Origin: Gekko japonicus
Taxonomy: Eukaryota
Length of the DNA stretch: 64,000 nucleotides
NCBI RefSeq assembly: GCF_001447785.1
Contig: NW_015174925.1
Span: 112,229 to 176,228, forward strand
Direction: 5' to 3'
Of this stretch, positions 11,673 through 25,467 are shown piece by piece. Each line of letters opens with the position of its first letter. Position 1 is the first letter of the stretch. Both the position numbers and the translations under genes were made by a program. The notes beneath the pieces are model-generated. The model saw only the letters and a list, made by a program, of their open reading frames with translations. It had not been told where the DNA came from and made no database searches.

Positions 11673-11961
11673 NNNNNNNNNNNNNNNNNNNNNNNNNNNN
11701 NNNNNNNNNNNNNNNNNNNNNNNNNNNNNNNNNNNNNNNNNNNNNNNNNNNNNNNNNNNNNNNNNNNNNNNNNNNNNNNNNNNNNNNNNNNNNNNNNNNN
11801 NNNNNNNNNNNNNNNNNNNNNNNNNNNNNNNNNNNNNNNNNNNNNNNNNNNNNNNNNNNNNNNNNNNNNNNNNNTTCTTCTCTGTTCTCTACACATCTGC
11901 TTGTCTTTCCACCCTGGGATTTGTTCTCTGCTCTTCTGCATCTACATCAAGCAGGGCTCCT

Positions 11962-12270
11962 AGGAGGAGGAGGAGGAGGAAGAAGAAGAGGAGGAGGAGG
12001 AGGAGAATGGATTTATACCCAGCCCTTTACTACCCAAAGATGTCTCAGAGTGGCTTACAAACTCCTTTCCCTTCCCCTCCCCACAACAGGCACCCTGTGA
12101 GGTAGGTGGTGCTGAGAGAGCTCTGACAGAAACTGCTCTTTTTCAAGAACAGCCTTTATAAGAACTATGGCTTGCCCAAGGTCATCCGGTCAGGTGCAAG
12201 TGGAGGAGTGGGGAATCAAACCCGGTTCTCCCAGATTAGAGTCTGCACACTTAACCACTACACCAAACTG
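11962..12270 (-). mobile_element. Squam3-like SINE
   Basis: Full antisense body with (GGA/GAA)n tail. Confidence 0.9.
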
Positions 12271-13540
12271 ACAGGAAGTTGTCTTGGGGCTGGTTTCACT
12301 GTATTTACAGACCCATACAGACAAACTAATTTCACAAGACTTTTTTAACTGCAGTCTTCTTTACTTCTTTAGAAGATAATACAATAAAAAGGTGTGATAC
12401 ATACAACAATCTCCACCACAAAAGTCCCAACTGATGCCAAGTGTGACATCATAGCTGATTCTCTGGGAACTTCTGATACCTTTGAAAATCAGGCTGATGT
12501 TTCAAATACAGGTTTGAAAAGAACTGACCTTTCTACAATATTGATTTGTGTACAATCCCTTTGATTGGAATCTTGTTTACTTTTAGTGCTTTGCTAGAAA
12601 AGAAAGCGAGAGCTTTATTTTGCACTCAGGTGCTATCAGCAAACTTCTAATAAAAGTATGTGACGATCATCCCAGGACAAGTGAGCCTCTGGTTACTACC
12701 ACAGCAGTGCTTAAGAAATGTGGCTTTCTTTTCTCACACTGACCTCAGCTGAGCTTAAGATGTACTGATCCCCAGACATGGAAGTTACACTAAATCCAGA
12801 CCCTCACAACTTCCTCTACAAACCATGACAGAAGTTCAAAGAGCAAATGCTGGCGGCCTTCTCCAGTAATAAATTTTTATTTGTTGATTGTTACTGGGAA
12901 ACTATTACACTTAATTCCTGGTGAATGGCTCTGTCCTCAGAAAACCTGACTGCTTTAGAAACATTACATCCTGAAGGCTCCTAAATGTTGTATTAACCAT
13001 TTAGAATATGAAAGTTCTCAGTTGGAGGGAAAAGGTAGCAGAAATAACTGGAAATGGAATAGGCAAGTGAAGGATTCAAGAATGTTGCTCCACATGATAG
13101 GAGTGGGTTCATCTTTCAAACAAACCATAGGTGTTATTTAGCAACGCTGCAATATGATAACAGGAAAAAAGTGAAAATGTCATGCCATTTCTATCATGTA
13201 TGCAGATTATAAACATACAGACATATTTCTTTTTAACTGGAAAATGGCCAGGTATATTGCAATGCAGGCACACCAGTCCACTACACATGTGTTAGTCCTT
13301 AAGGTGCCCATGAGCATGGGTCGCAGCAGGCTGGGAGGANNNNNNNNNNNNNNNNNNNNNNNNNNNNNNNNNNNNNNNNNNNNNNNNNNNNNNNNNNNNN
13401 NNNNNNNNNNNNNNNNNNNNNNNNNNNNNNNNNNNNNNNNNNNNNNNNNNNNNNNNNNNNNNNNNNNNNNNNNNNNNNNNNNNNNNNNNNNNNNNNNNNN
13501 NNNNNNNNNNNNNNNNNNNNNNNNNNNNNNNNNNNNNNNN

Positions 13541-13793
13541 CCCCACCCTTCACTCCCAAAGGAGTCTCAGAGCGGCTTACAAACTCCTTTCCCTTCCCCT
13601 CCCCACCACAGACACCCTGTGAGGTAGGTGGGGCTGAGAGAGCTCTTGACAGAAACGGCTCTTTTTCAAGGACAGCTCTTATGAGAGCTACGGCTTGCCC
13701 AAGGTCATCCAGCCAGGTGCAAGTGGAGGAGTGGGGAATCAAACCCGGTTCTCCCAGATTAGAGTCCGCGCACTTAACCACTACACCAAACTG
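13541..13793 (-). mobile_element. Squam3-like SINE (tail runs into gap 13340-13540)
   Basis: Antisense head ...CACTTAACCACTACACCAAACTG. Confidence 0.9.
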
Positions 13794-16774
13794 AAATACA
13801 AATAAGGGTGAGTGGTCACAACCCAATAGACTGTACAGATATTGATCCAACAGACTGCTCATAACTAAACACAGTTTTAAAAAAGAACATATTCAAAACC
13901 AACAGTAGGCTCCTCTGTAATTCCATACATAGGTAGTGACCATAGACCTCCAAAGAGAAAGTAACTGCAGCAGAAGATGCCCACTGTGGAAAAAATAAAA
14001 GCCGGATGCTTCTCCCAGGTATATATCAAGCATTTCAATGATGTACCAATGTAGGTAAACCTCTGGAACTGTGAGGTGCTTGACAATGGTTTTCCTGATG
14101 CCGATTTGCTTTTTCAACCAAACAGCTCATCTCCAAAGCAAAGAAACAGTCTCAGCTGTCCTCTACTTTGTTGGAGTAGGACATACTTCAGAAGAACCCA
14201 GGACGCATCGCCAGAGGGTCTGTAGAAAGGATTCAGAAACAGGTCATTCAATGATAGGAGGATGCTTGGCTTGTAGATTCTCAGCATTTTGTGATTGGCC
14301 TCAGTACTCCCATGGCAGCTCCCTATGACCTCCATTTTGTAGTGACACCCACTTCCCATCCTTGCCCAAGACCTCAACAAGACTGAGGATCCCTGCTCTG
14401 TAAGATACTTTTGAGTCCTTCTGCTTTTGATTCCTTACCCAACTATATGCTGTGGAAGCTGCACAGGGCATTGGGATATGAAACGCTGCCAAAATCTGTT
14501 TTCCAAAAAGATAATCATAATATAAAAATGGGTGAAGTACTGAGAAGCTGCCTCTTTTCTACCAGTCTGTCAGGAATCCTTAGCCATTGGCTGAGTTGCC
14601 ATGATATCACAGAAGACTGGAAGCCAGAATTAACCCATGCTGTCATTTCAGTTTATGAAAGGAATGTGGCAGGTGCCCTTGAAACAAACCTCAAGAACTA
14701 GTTCAAAAATGAAAACTGGGTCTCCAGGTTCTGAGAGAATCCGGGAAGAAGAAAAAATCCGGACATTCCATTAAAATAACTGGGGGGGGGGGATTCCACG
14801 CACTGTGTTTCCAGGTGCCAGACAGAGATGATTGAAGGCATAAAGATTCAAGAGCAGATGGTAAACATGGCTCTGGCCAGATGGAAGCAAAAATGGACGA
14901 CTGGGCAGAGGGCAAGGCCCAGCAGCTTAAATGGGGACAGCAAGTCGTCACCAACTTTTTTCAGTTATGCAAAACATACCATAATCCCTCAGGAAATGTT
15001 GGAACAGAATCCAATATACTACCTGCTGTTCTGCTGGCTGGGCGACTTTATAGAACTACACATACACATATACCCCCAAAGCTGCTAGAGGGGACTGGGC
15101 TCCTCTTTAACAAGGACAAAATCTTTACTTTGTTATGCCCCTTTAAACAGTGTTGGTGCCACTCCATATTCTCCCCTATTGCCCTCCACCAAGATTCTCT
15201 ACTAAGCAGAGACCACGAATGAAGTCGTAACCTTCAATATATTCCTTCACCTTGACTAACTGCTGCTCCTCTGAGTCATCCTCTACGAGCAGATTTTGAC
15301 TGAACCGTTTTCAGGAAGATCAAGGCTGAAAACAAATCTGTGACTTCACAGCCTTGTTCCTTAGGAAGGAAATGTGATCTGCTTTGTCAGGAAAGGGAAA
15401 TTGTTTGGAAGTCTAGACTGTCCCCTTCCTCTCCAGGCCTCTCCTCCTCCAGGGTATTTTCATTTATTGTTACAGAGAAACGAAGGAAGAGGAGAAAGGG
15501 GAAACAGCAGGGGCCACAGTTTCCAACTCTACTTGTCACCCAAAACAAAAATAAGCTCTGATGCTCATGTAGCTCTTGTACAGCCAAAGCTCAAACAAAG
15601 AAAATAAGAAACAACAGAATTAAGGAATTGATCTGAAATGAATGGAATTTAAAGGCAGATAATTTAAGAAATCAAACCACAAAGAATCACTAAGGAGATC
15701 AAAAGGAGAAAGAAGCAAGATGGAAGAGCCAAAACAGGAAGCCGGTTAGCTCGCAAACTGCCTAATACTATATCAACTTGGTTCATGTTTACAAGACAAA
15801 CAAAACAATCAGCCTTCTGGAATGGTACTAGCCAGTGAGGAAGAAAGTATAAGAATATTTAGTAAACCAACATTAAATTTAACTTTAGTAAAACAGTGAG
15901 GTCTGCCAATAGTAGCCCCTTAAAACAGCACTGTAAGGTAGGCCAGCTATTACCCATAATGCATTTTGGGAACAAAAGCTAAAATGCCTCCCCTGAGACA
16001 GTGAGACTGAAGCAAAATCTGACCTGGAATTGTACTCTTTTGCTACTCTGCTGTATAAGCTCTCATATCCAAGTACAGTAAAGAAAGGGATGCTTGATGT
16101 TGCTGAAAGAGAGAGAGAGAGGATCGATAAAATGGATTTAGCAGAGCTTATGAAAAATCCAAAGGAGGAATAGAAGGCCAGAGAGAGACCTGAAGGCCCA
16201 GAAGAAGGGGAGAAAAACAGAAAAGTCTGAAAATGCTGAAAGAAACACACAGGAGAGAAGGCTAATAAATGAATCCACTAAATGGTGGTAGGTGCATACA
16301 TACATATCACTGAGGGGAGTCATTCCTTTTGCAGTAAACAAGCTTGGGGAAATCTAAAAGTCAAAGTCCCAAACAGAGCATCAAAGCAACTGAGCTAACA
16401 AGCAGAGTCAGTCTGCCTTAGAAACATCCAGTGTTTAGTAGTTGGTGTGGGGTTATCTAAAAGTTAAAAATGCATTTTGCTTTATGGCAGAACTCAGCAA
16501 AATCCTCAGACCCAGTATCAAAAGTGTGTGTGTGTTTTAAGTAAGAAATACAGTAATAGATTAATTTTTTTCTGGCATCACTTTCCTTTAATCATTTCTG
16601 CAATTACCTAAACAGAAGACTGAACTGCAAATATCATGTGCCTGTGGACTGCGAGCCTCAAAAAGCAACATGGATCACAGCATCCATATTACAGACTAGG
16701 CTACCAACGTTAACATGCCCTGCCAGACTGGCAAGCTTAGACTTACAGCAATTTCTAAGTATTCACTATCTCCT

Positions 16775-17655
16775 TAGATGTCTTGCAAACTGAGGGCTCT
16801 CGTGGCTTCCTTGATTGAGTCAGTCCATCTCATGTTGGGTCTTCCTCTTTACCTTCAACTTTTCCTAGCATTATTGTCTTTTCCAGTGACTCTAGTCTTC
16901 ACATAATGTGACCAAAGTATGATAGCTTCAGGTTAGTTATTTTAGCTTCTATTGAGAGTTCAGGCTTGATTTGATCTAGAACCCCCTGATTTGTCTTTTT
17001 GGCAGTCCACTGTAGCCATAAAACTCTCCTCCAACACTACACTTCAAATTAATCAGCCTTCTCCTTTTCAGCTTTCCTCATTGTCTAACTTTCACACCTG
17101 TACATAGTAATGAGGAATACTGTGGCATGAATTATCTTGAATTGTTAATGTTTCACTCCACCTTCATCTAAATCTAATCCAGCTTTCCTTATGATGTGTT
17201 CTTTATACAGATTGAAGAGATAGGGAGATAAAACTTTAACCTTAATAGATAAAAAAATAAAATACACCCGTATCTGACATCTTTGCCAATTGGAAACCAT
17301 TCTGTTTCTTCCATATTTTGTCCTAACAGTAGCCTCTTGTCCAGAGTGAAGGTTGTGCATCAAAACAATCAGATGTCACCCTGAACAGGGATAGCCCAGG
17401 CAAGCCCAATCTCATCAGATCTCAGAAGCTAAGCAGGGCCAGCCCTGGCAAGTACTTGGATGGGAGACCTCCAGAGAATACCAGGGCTGGGAGGCCAGAG
17501 GAAGGCTCTCAAGCCACTTCTCTGAATGTCCTTCATGCCCCAGTAGGAGATGCCAGAGGTCTCCATGACTTCCAGGCACAGGCACACACACACACAAAAT
17601 ACCAAAATACAAAAAAAAAAAACCACACAATCAGATGTCGTGGCACACCATTTCA
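16775..17655 (-). mobile_element. RTE-BovB LINE fragment (RT C-terminal region), interrupted by a 5S SINE
   Basis: Minus-strand translation has HNLHSGQEATVRT and LSPYLFNLYKEHIIRKAGL, and the DNA block TTCCTAGCATTATTGTCTTTTCCAGTGA is typical of BovB/RTE. Confidence 0.85.
17378..17626 (+). mobile_element. 5S rRNA-derived SINE (SINE3 / 5S-Sauria-like) with A-rich tail
   Basis: ACCCTGAAC...GCCCAATCTCATCAGATCTCAGAAGCTAAGCAGGG...GTACTTGGATGGGAGACC follows vertebrate 5S rRNA including its internal promoter boxes. 13-bp TSD ACAATCAGATGTC (17365-17377, 17627-17639). Confidence 0.85.
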
Positions 17656-18620
17656 TAGTAGCATTACCATGATGGTTACTGTTTGGTATACAGTGCAGGA
17701 TCAAGCAGACCATTATTAAATGCTGTATCAGGTGGCGTACACTGAGAGTCACCAAGTGCGTTTATTATCTTGAAAATGAATCTAATAGCAATTTAATTAA
17801 TTGTTCCTGATTCGTTGCCAGACACCAGTGAGATGATGGTGCAAGAGCAGACTGTGTATCAGTGGACACGACCCAACTTCTACATGGACAGACTTTTCTC
17901 CCTGCCATGCAAGTATATGTTGAGAAACAGCTTAAATTAGTGGGCAGGTGAGGGGAACCACCTGGCTCTGTTCTTTCAGTGTGAATGGACAGCTAATGCA
18001 ACTTCTCTTCCGCCTTCTCCAAATCTGACTTTATGCTGAGCAGCTATTTCTCTCCCTTTTTGGATTGACTTGGCATAGTAATCAAGCACATGCTTCATAT
18101 GCAGAGAGGTGCAGTCTCAGGCACCGGCAGGATGAATTTCATGTTGTGGAGATCACAACCCCCCAGGGAACAGCAAGGAATCTGGGCAACGGTTGCTGAA
18201 CAGCCATTTATCCAAGATGTTGGACAGCCATTACCAGTTACAGCATACAGTGCTGAGTTTAGTGGACCAATGGCATGTCTAAGCATAAAGTAGCTTCATA
18301 GGTCAATAAAGAAACTGCAACTCTTCTTGTCCATGTGTATTGAGCACCTGAAGAAAGTGACAGAGAGCTGACTGAAAGGGTAGAGGGGAGACAGATATCC
18401 AATGAAAGCCACAGTCTTTGGGGATTCACCCATTCCTGAGGCATGGAGACAGAAACTCTGCCAAAGACCCCAAGTAATCTCACTTCATGGATGGGATCTT
18501 GGGAAAGCCAAGGATGTGGAACCACCTCCACAGAGATCTCCGGAGCCACCTCTCTGTCACCCGAAGCTTTGAGGGGGGGCTTTCATTTGCCACCTCTCCA
18601 TTGCTCAAAGCAAAAGGGGG

Positions 18621-19900
18621 GTGCATAGAAATATTGATTTCTAAAAGTTTCATGCCTTCTCCTGTGATGTCTTTCTGATAACATGCTGTGTCTTGTTTCC
18701 TGTTGCAAGCCAAATGGTGAGGCCAAATGACCTCAATAGCCATGCCATATAACCACACATTCTTTCACACCTCTAAGTGGAAGAGCCAGACCTGATGGCT
18801 CCTGGCTCTAGCCCACATGCAAAAAGTCATATAGGCAATGGAGAAGCTGGAGTTTGGGTCATGTGACTGCAGGCGTGGTCTCCAAACTTCTAGCCTATCC
18901 CCACACGCAGCTATGACAACCAACAATTGGGCACATCCCATGCCCACTCACAATTGGCTGATGGCCACGGCTGATTGTGACTGGAATTGGGCTATAATTG
19001 ATCGATCCCGATGGGAATGAGCTCTTGCTCTTAGGTCTCTCTTAGCTCTCTCCCTTCTTGTCAGTGTCGGTTTATTGCACCTGGAAATGCTGTCTCTTGG
19101 GAGACAAAGAACTGCTTTGTAAATTGGACCACATGGTTGAGCAAAGATGGAATTTTCCTTCAAAATCCCTTGGACTGTTTGGATGTTCCTGAACTTGGTA
19201 AATATGTATCTTTTACTGTGTAGTTAAAACAAATCGCCTTAGGCTTGTTATTTTAGTAATCTCTTATATAGTCTGTGTTATGCTCTGTACTGAATAAAAA
19301 TAATTCTTATTTCTAATGGGTCTCTGATGTTGTAACTTGCATTCCAAGCCTAAATCTTGTGGCCTAAACGCTCACCATATACACTACCATTGGAGAGTAA
19401 AGTGTGCATCTCTAGATTGAGTTGCTAGTGTGCTCTGTTCCAGATGCCAACTAAGGGTTTGAAATCTCTCCCTTTGGAAAGGCAGGGACTAGTGCAAAGA
19501 GGTTCTGGTGGCATATTGTTCTGAAAACCTGAGAGGGTATAGCCTACCTCTGGGTTTGTTGTTTAATGTACTGAAAAAGTACAGGATTCCCTCCCATTCC
19601 TGGACTGGCTTGGGTGGGCTAAACCTGTACAGGGGGCTTTCCTTGGCTTCCTTCCACTTCTTCGCTGCTGTGGCTGATTCCTCATCTTGCTGCCGCGGGT
19701 GCTCCAGCTGTGCCTAGGTTATGCTCCACAGCTTGCTAAGCCTGTTGTTTTTTTGATTTCCAACATTTTGGCGTTGAACAGAGCTTGAGCCTCCTACTTG
19801 AGCAGTAGAGCTTTCTAAACTGGAGGGTCAGCCTACGGAGCTCTCCAATAGGGGTCCTTGCAAAATTTGCATAGCCCTACCTGAGTGAGCGGAGGTGTAA
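18621..19900 (+). mobile_element. Probable decayed long LTR
   Basis: Polypurine tract AAAAGGGGGG immediately before TG; TATAA at about 18993; AATAAA at about 19293. The 3' block recurs inverted at 61265-61315. Boundaries are uncertain and no TSD was found. Confidence 0.35.
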
Positions 19901-20504
19901 CCTGACCAGTTTAGGTGACTTCCCCACTGAAAGAGAACAGAGCTTTGCAAAAGTCACTGAAGAACCCCCTGCAGCCCACTGTGTCCATAACCTTTTCGTT
20001 TAAAAAGAAAATGTTAGAAAGCTGGCATAGGGCCCTCGTGAGGCTTATGAGGCCAATTTTGTTTGGTAAACAAGGTTAGCAAATTGCTGTGAAGCTGCCC
20101 TAACTCCAGTAATCAGCATCTTGGTAATGACAGTCACTCACTCTCTCTTTTGACAGGCCAGAAATAGCTATTTAACTGAATCTCCTATTGAACAACTGAT
20201 TTCAGCAAATGCAAATGTAATTTAGGCCGCTATTAAGCCATTTCATAAGGTTGAAAGCACAGCATATGTGGGGGCAACTTAAGGGGGGGGAAGATGCAAC
20301 CTGCTAGCATTTGCACTTTCAAACTTGGGGCTGTTTCACACATTCCTGCACAGAAATTGCTTCCATATGTGGAACTGTGTAATTCCCACATGTACATCTT
20401 AAGGGGAGGCAACACTGCATGCACATAAATAGGGGAGGCAACACTGCATGCACATATACTCACAGTGGGAAGTCACAATTGTCAAGTGAAAAAAACCATG
20501 AACA

Positions 20505-20694
20505 CATGAAGCTCCCTTAAACTGAATCAGACCACTTATCTACCAAGTTCAACAGTGTCCACTCAGCCTGGCACCAGTTCTCCAGGGTCTTTCACGTCAC
20601 TTACCAACTGATCCTTTCAACTGGAGATACAGGGATCAAACCTAGGACCTTCTGCATGCCAAGCAGATGCTCTATCATGGATCCACAGCTCCTT
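20505..20694 (-). mobile_element. tRNA-derived SINE with CR1-like tail (Squam2-like), old
   Basis: Antisense head ...TAGAGCATCTGCTTGGCATGCAGAAGGTCCTAGGTTTGATCCC and tail GGTCTGATTCAGT...GCTTCAT. Confidence 0.7.
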
Positions 20695-23098
20695 TCTAAA
20701 CATTATGACCTATACATGGAAAATGCTTTTCTTCTTGCAAAGAAATGACTTCCATGATAGTCTCCATTGCAGTTGAGACTGAAACATGGCAAAAGGAGGG
20801 ATAGCTGATAACATGACCTTTACCACTAAATGTTATATCTGCAGGTTAAAACTTGAAGGAGAACAAGGATGGGCTGCCCTAAGAACACAAAGAGATAGCT
20901 CCAAGGAAATTCCAAGGAACTAATTATCACTGCCCTCTAGGACCTTTCTGCTGGGAATTCCTATGAGTTCATTACCAACTGTATGAAAAGGTCTATTGTG
21001 ATCAAAAAGGTGCAGTTGTCCCTACTGGATAGGTTCACAAATGAATGCCACAAACGCAGTACCATGCATAAACCAATAGTTGTACTGGCAGAGGCCCCAA
21101 GGCAGATAGATCTAAAAAATGAGAATGACCATTCACTCAACAACTTCTCCCCAAAAAGGAAAGGGTGATAACCAGTTCGGAAGTCTTTATTTCTTGTACA
21201 AGGGATAAATGTCACATTTTTGCAGCCATACAAGACTTACCAGCAACAACTAACAACAGCCCTTGTACTCACTGACGTACTAGGCTCATAACCTCCCAAG
21301 AACACCTTCCTCTTTGGTAAGTCTGAGGAGCTGAAACGCCTCCAAATGAAACTTACAAGACTGAGTCTGTAAGGCCTCATTGTGCATGAGTATTCACGCA
21401 GTTCAGTATCAGTATCACTGACAAGTATGCAGTGGAAAAGTAGAAATAAAATTTGTCTTGTAACTACACTCCGTGTACGTGTGTGTGCACAAATGAATGG
21501 TAAAACCAATTTAACAGATATTCAATATGAGATGAAAGGCCCTTTAGACAAGTCATGGGTAACACAATTTTAAAAATCAGGGAAAAAAGGTTTTCTAAAC
21601 TTCCTTGTACGTTAAAAAAATCAATCCTTTTCCAGATATAATGCAACAAGAAAAAGGACTGAAAGATTTGTGTTTGGGGATCATTAAGGTCACTGAAAAG
21701 TTCTAATCAGGTTATGATTCAGTACATGTTTAAGCAATTGCTTGGCTGAACTCAAGGAAGGTCAATCTAAAGACCAAATACCTAGAAGGAAACTCAGACT
21801 GTTGTTGACTGCAAAACCTTAGGTTTCACGTCAAGGTTTGTAAGAGGTTATGCCTTTTCTGAGCAGTTCTGACAAACTATCAAAGGCTGATGGCTCTTTG
21901 TGCAGTAAGCTGAAATATTTCTTGGGCAAACATATATCGCTCTGCAATATAATTCTGGGAATGCTCTGAACACATGAGATTTATTGGCTGCATGTACACA
22001 CTCACCACTCTGAAATGAAATTTTAAAATCCCTGTATTTAGGGTTACACAAAGCAATCCTCTACTCATGGTCAAGGAATATAGAAGCCAATAAATGTCTT
22101 TACAGCTGGTTAAATACTGAAAAAGGATAAGGCATCTGGTTATTGTAAAGGCAGCATTAAAGGCAAGCACTCCATCACTGTGAGCATTCTTATGACACAA
22201 AAGAACATTTTACTGCTCCTCTACTGTTACTTCTAGCTTTAGTGCTCTACAAATCTGAGATTTACCCCCCCCCCAAAAAAAAAACAACCAACAAAACAGG
22301 AATATGAAGTTTGCAAGAAATCAAGTGAACAAAACATTGATCTGAGGGAAGTCTTAAATCTGAAGATGTTTTTGCAGAGGACAAGTGTTCCAAAACAGGC
22401 TTATGAGCAATAAGAAGGCTCATGTCAACTCTCATTCTAACTTGGCCGTTAAAAATCTTAACTGTGCAACTTGTCAGTAGGATCCCAATGATGGTGTTTG
22501 CTAATGGGGAAAAATGCTGCTCCTGAGAGTCAAGGAAGAATACAAAGCGTGCATCTGAAATATGCAGCAGTAGAGATTTTTAAAAATTACCTTCTGTTAA
22601 CAGGTAATTTAGTCAGGATCCAACCCTAAGTATATGCAACATAGAAATTAGTGCTATACTGTAGAACATATTTTAAGGGTCTACCTTTGGGAAGATCTGT
22701 CCCACAGAGCCAACACCAAAATGAATGCAGATTTAATAAATGTTCTTTGCTTCGAGGATACGTTTGGCTAGAGCTGATCAATGTGTATAATCATAGTCCT
22801 GTTGAATGGATTTTATTTCTGTATATAAATTTCTGCCTCCACGGGAAATTGCAATGACCTTTGGCTGATGTGATGAAATGTTTGGCTGGCTATAAGGTTT
22901 CTCCTGTAATGGTTCGGGGGGGGGGGCTCCTTTGACTGTTCCATTCTAAAATACTGAAAATTTAATCTCTTTGGGTTTTGTACGAGAACTTCAACTGAAA
23001 GCCAAATGTACAAAAATGAAATGTTAAAAATTTCCACAGCTATCCTTCAAAGGGATTTCAAAGAGCTGGCCAAAGCAATTACTATTTTGTCGCATGGG

Positions 23099-23125
23099 GT
23101 GTGTGTGTGTGTGTGTGTGTGTGTG
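23099..23125. repeat. (GT)n microsatellite
   Basis: Direct reading of the sequence. Confidence 0.95.
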
Positions 23126-24949
23126 CTTCCAGATGGAAGCTTGGCCACATTGATTCTATGCACTTGACCATCACAAGGCAGATGGAAGCTGACTATCCTA
23201 TGCTCTTCACTGCTAGTCTAAACAGACAAGCAGCATTAATACAGGTGGCACAGTCAAATTGGAGAACCGTCAAATTAGAACTCTTGTGCTACTGAGTCCT
23301 TCTTTCCCAGTGCTGCAGTGTGGAATTCAAAGAAGGTAAAGACAACCAATGCAGAGCTTGACACGGGTCAATACAACCACCACCGGAGATGACTCCCTGA
23401 CTTGATCACAGGCCCTTTCCATCTTATGCAGCTGACATCACATCCTTTCAAACACTAAGGAAGTAGTTTGTAACATCAAACTGTGACTAACATAAAATGG
23501 CTCCCATGGCCCACCCAGTGAGGTCTGCATCCAAGCTCTAAGTGGCCAGATGTCTCCTTTCATTCTATTAAGCAATCTGAAAAGCACAGCCTCTAGTGAA
23601 AACTTCTAAAACACACACAATTAGAGTTGGTTGGGGTTTTTGGAAAAAGTCAACTGAAACAGCAAACAGCTTTTCAGAATGTAAAAAGAAGTGGATTTAA
23701 AAACTCCTCTGCTGCAGAACTTCTCTGTACTGTGTATATTTTGAACTGTCAAATTGCTTCACTGGAGACATTATCTTCTGTAGACCCATCCAGGAGAACT
23801 GTGGAAAAAGGGAACTGCAATTTTGTTTCCTTGGCAATGGTAGTTTGACTATCTTTTGGTGCTGATAAGCGTCTAGGAAAATGTGGCTTCATTTCTAAGA
23901 ACAAATATTATAGAAAACTGACAGAGAAGCAAGTTGAGAGTTGTTTTCATATGTTACGAAGTGGTAACTAATGCTTCCCCCCCTCTCTTTCTCTGTAATG
24001 CAGAGAGATTGGAGCATCACCAATAGCTTCTGGAGTTCAAGGATATCAGTCTTTAATGAAATCCTTAAGTCTTGCTTCTCTATCACAGAAAACAAGAGTA
24101 AAGTGCTTTTTTCCCATTTCAAATGTTGTGCAAATGAGATCCCCAAACAATAAGAATGTGCTGCCTCATTTTTGATGTACAATGAAAATCAGTGTTCTAA
24201 GAACCTGGGATGGATGTAATCAGCTTTTCTACCGATGAAAAGGGAGAAAGGCGGTCCCCCCTTTGACCACCCAAAAAGGTTATGCTGGAGATCAAAGGAC
24301 CTGTAAGTCTACTAGCCATGAAGTCCATAGGAAGGAGGAGAATGTGATGAGACTGAGTGAAAAAGCCGGCTGAATCCAGCTCCATAAGCTTGATATTTGA
24401 CTGTCACCATTCAATATTTGACTGTCACCAGTCAGCTGTAAATAATGTTCTCTGTTCTGTGTATATTTTGAACTGTCAAAGTGCTACACTGGAGACATTA
24501 TGCAGGGAACTTTTCAAAGCCCTTCTTTTTGGCAATTGTGAACGTGTCCCCTAAATGGCATTTCAGGCTGAGGAAAGAGCCCTCTACTTTTTTCTCACCA
24601 CAATATTTAGATTCCTACTCTGAGATGCAAACAAAGCTTGAGAGACTGAACTCAAACCAAGTTTATGAACCTGTGGCTTTGCTAACTCCACAAACCAAAG
24701 CACCACCCCTTCAAATGATCATCTCCACAAGGACAATGATCTTTCCTTCTTCTAAAACTTCAGCTTTTCTCTTCCTGTCAATTTACAATTGTGTGAACAA
24801 AAAATCAAATGTAAAGTGAAACTGGCATCCTTCACATGTCAACTTTGCACTCAGTGTTTTAACAGAACACTTTATAGTGCTGGTATTTTTAATGAGGCTG
24901 GGATATATTTTGTTAGTCTTTAAGGTACTACCGGACTCCTATTTTATTT

Positions 24950-25153
24950 GGGGTTGAATCCAGTGGAGGATTTTGGAAGATGGAGCAGGGCAATTTTCAC
25001 TTATTTCTCCTTCCACTATAGACCTCAGATTGTTCAAGGGTTCCCTGTCCCTAGGGAACACATTGGGCTGCACCAGGAGGGAGAGGCAAGAAAGTCACAT
25101 TCTGAAGATGGAATTCTTTTCTGTCAGCAGAAATTAACCCTGGATTCAAGCCA
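24950..25153. mobile_element. Old MITE-like element
   Basis: Inverted termini GGTTGAATCCAG / CTGGATTCAAGCC. Confidence 0.45.
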
Positions 25154-25467
25154 TGGTTCATATGCAGTTGTCATTTGTGTGCATGTTTTTTTCTAAGTCT
25201 GCACCAGCATACCTTGTGTTCTCACATTTCTCTGTTCAACAGGAACTAACACAAACTTCAAGAACCTCCACCTGTAAGGATGATTCACATGCAGAAATCC
25301 ATTCCCATCAGTCCTCTAAGCATGTCTACTTCTGAGGCTGAGAAGAGATGTCCCCATTGTGCATGAAATAAACTGTGCAAGAGTCTTGTGGAGGAAAGAA
25401 ATGAGTGTAGTAATGGCTAGCAGAGGAACTTCTGCTGGGCAAGCTAGAGGACTGGGCTAGTAAACAC

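Noticed and set aside
11438-13862. Long ORFs containing X runs (also 34383-35210 and 39763-40638)
   Set aside because: They are open only because they cross N gaps; the flanks are SINE or microsatellite sequence.
17378-17490. Functional 5S rRNA gene
   Set aside because: 5'-truncated, carries an insertion and substitutions, is fused to a SINE tail and is flanked by a TSD.
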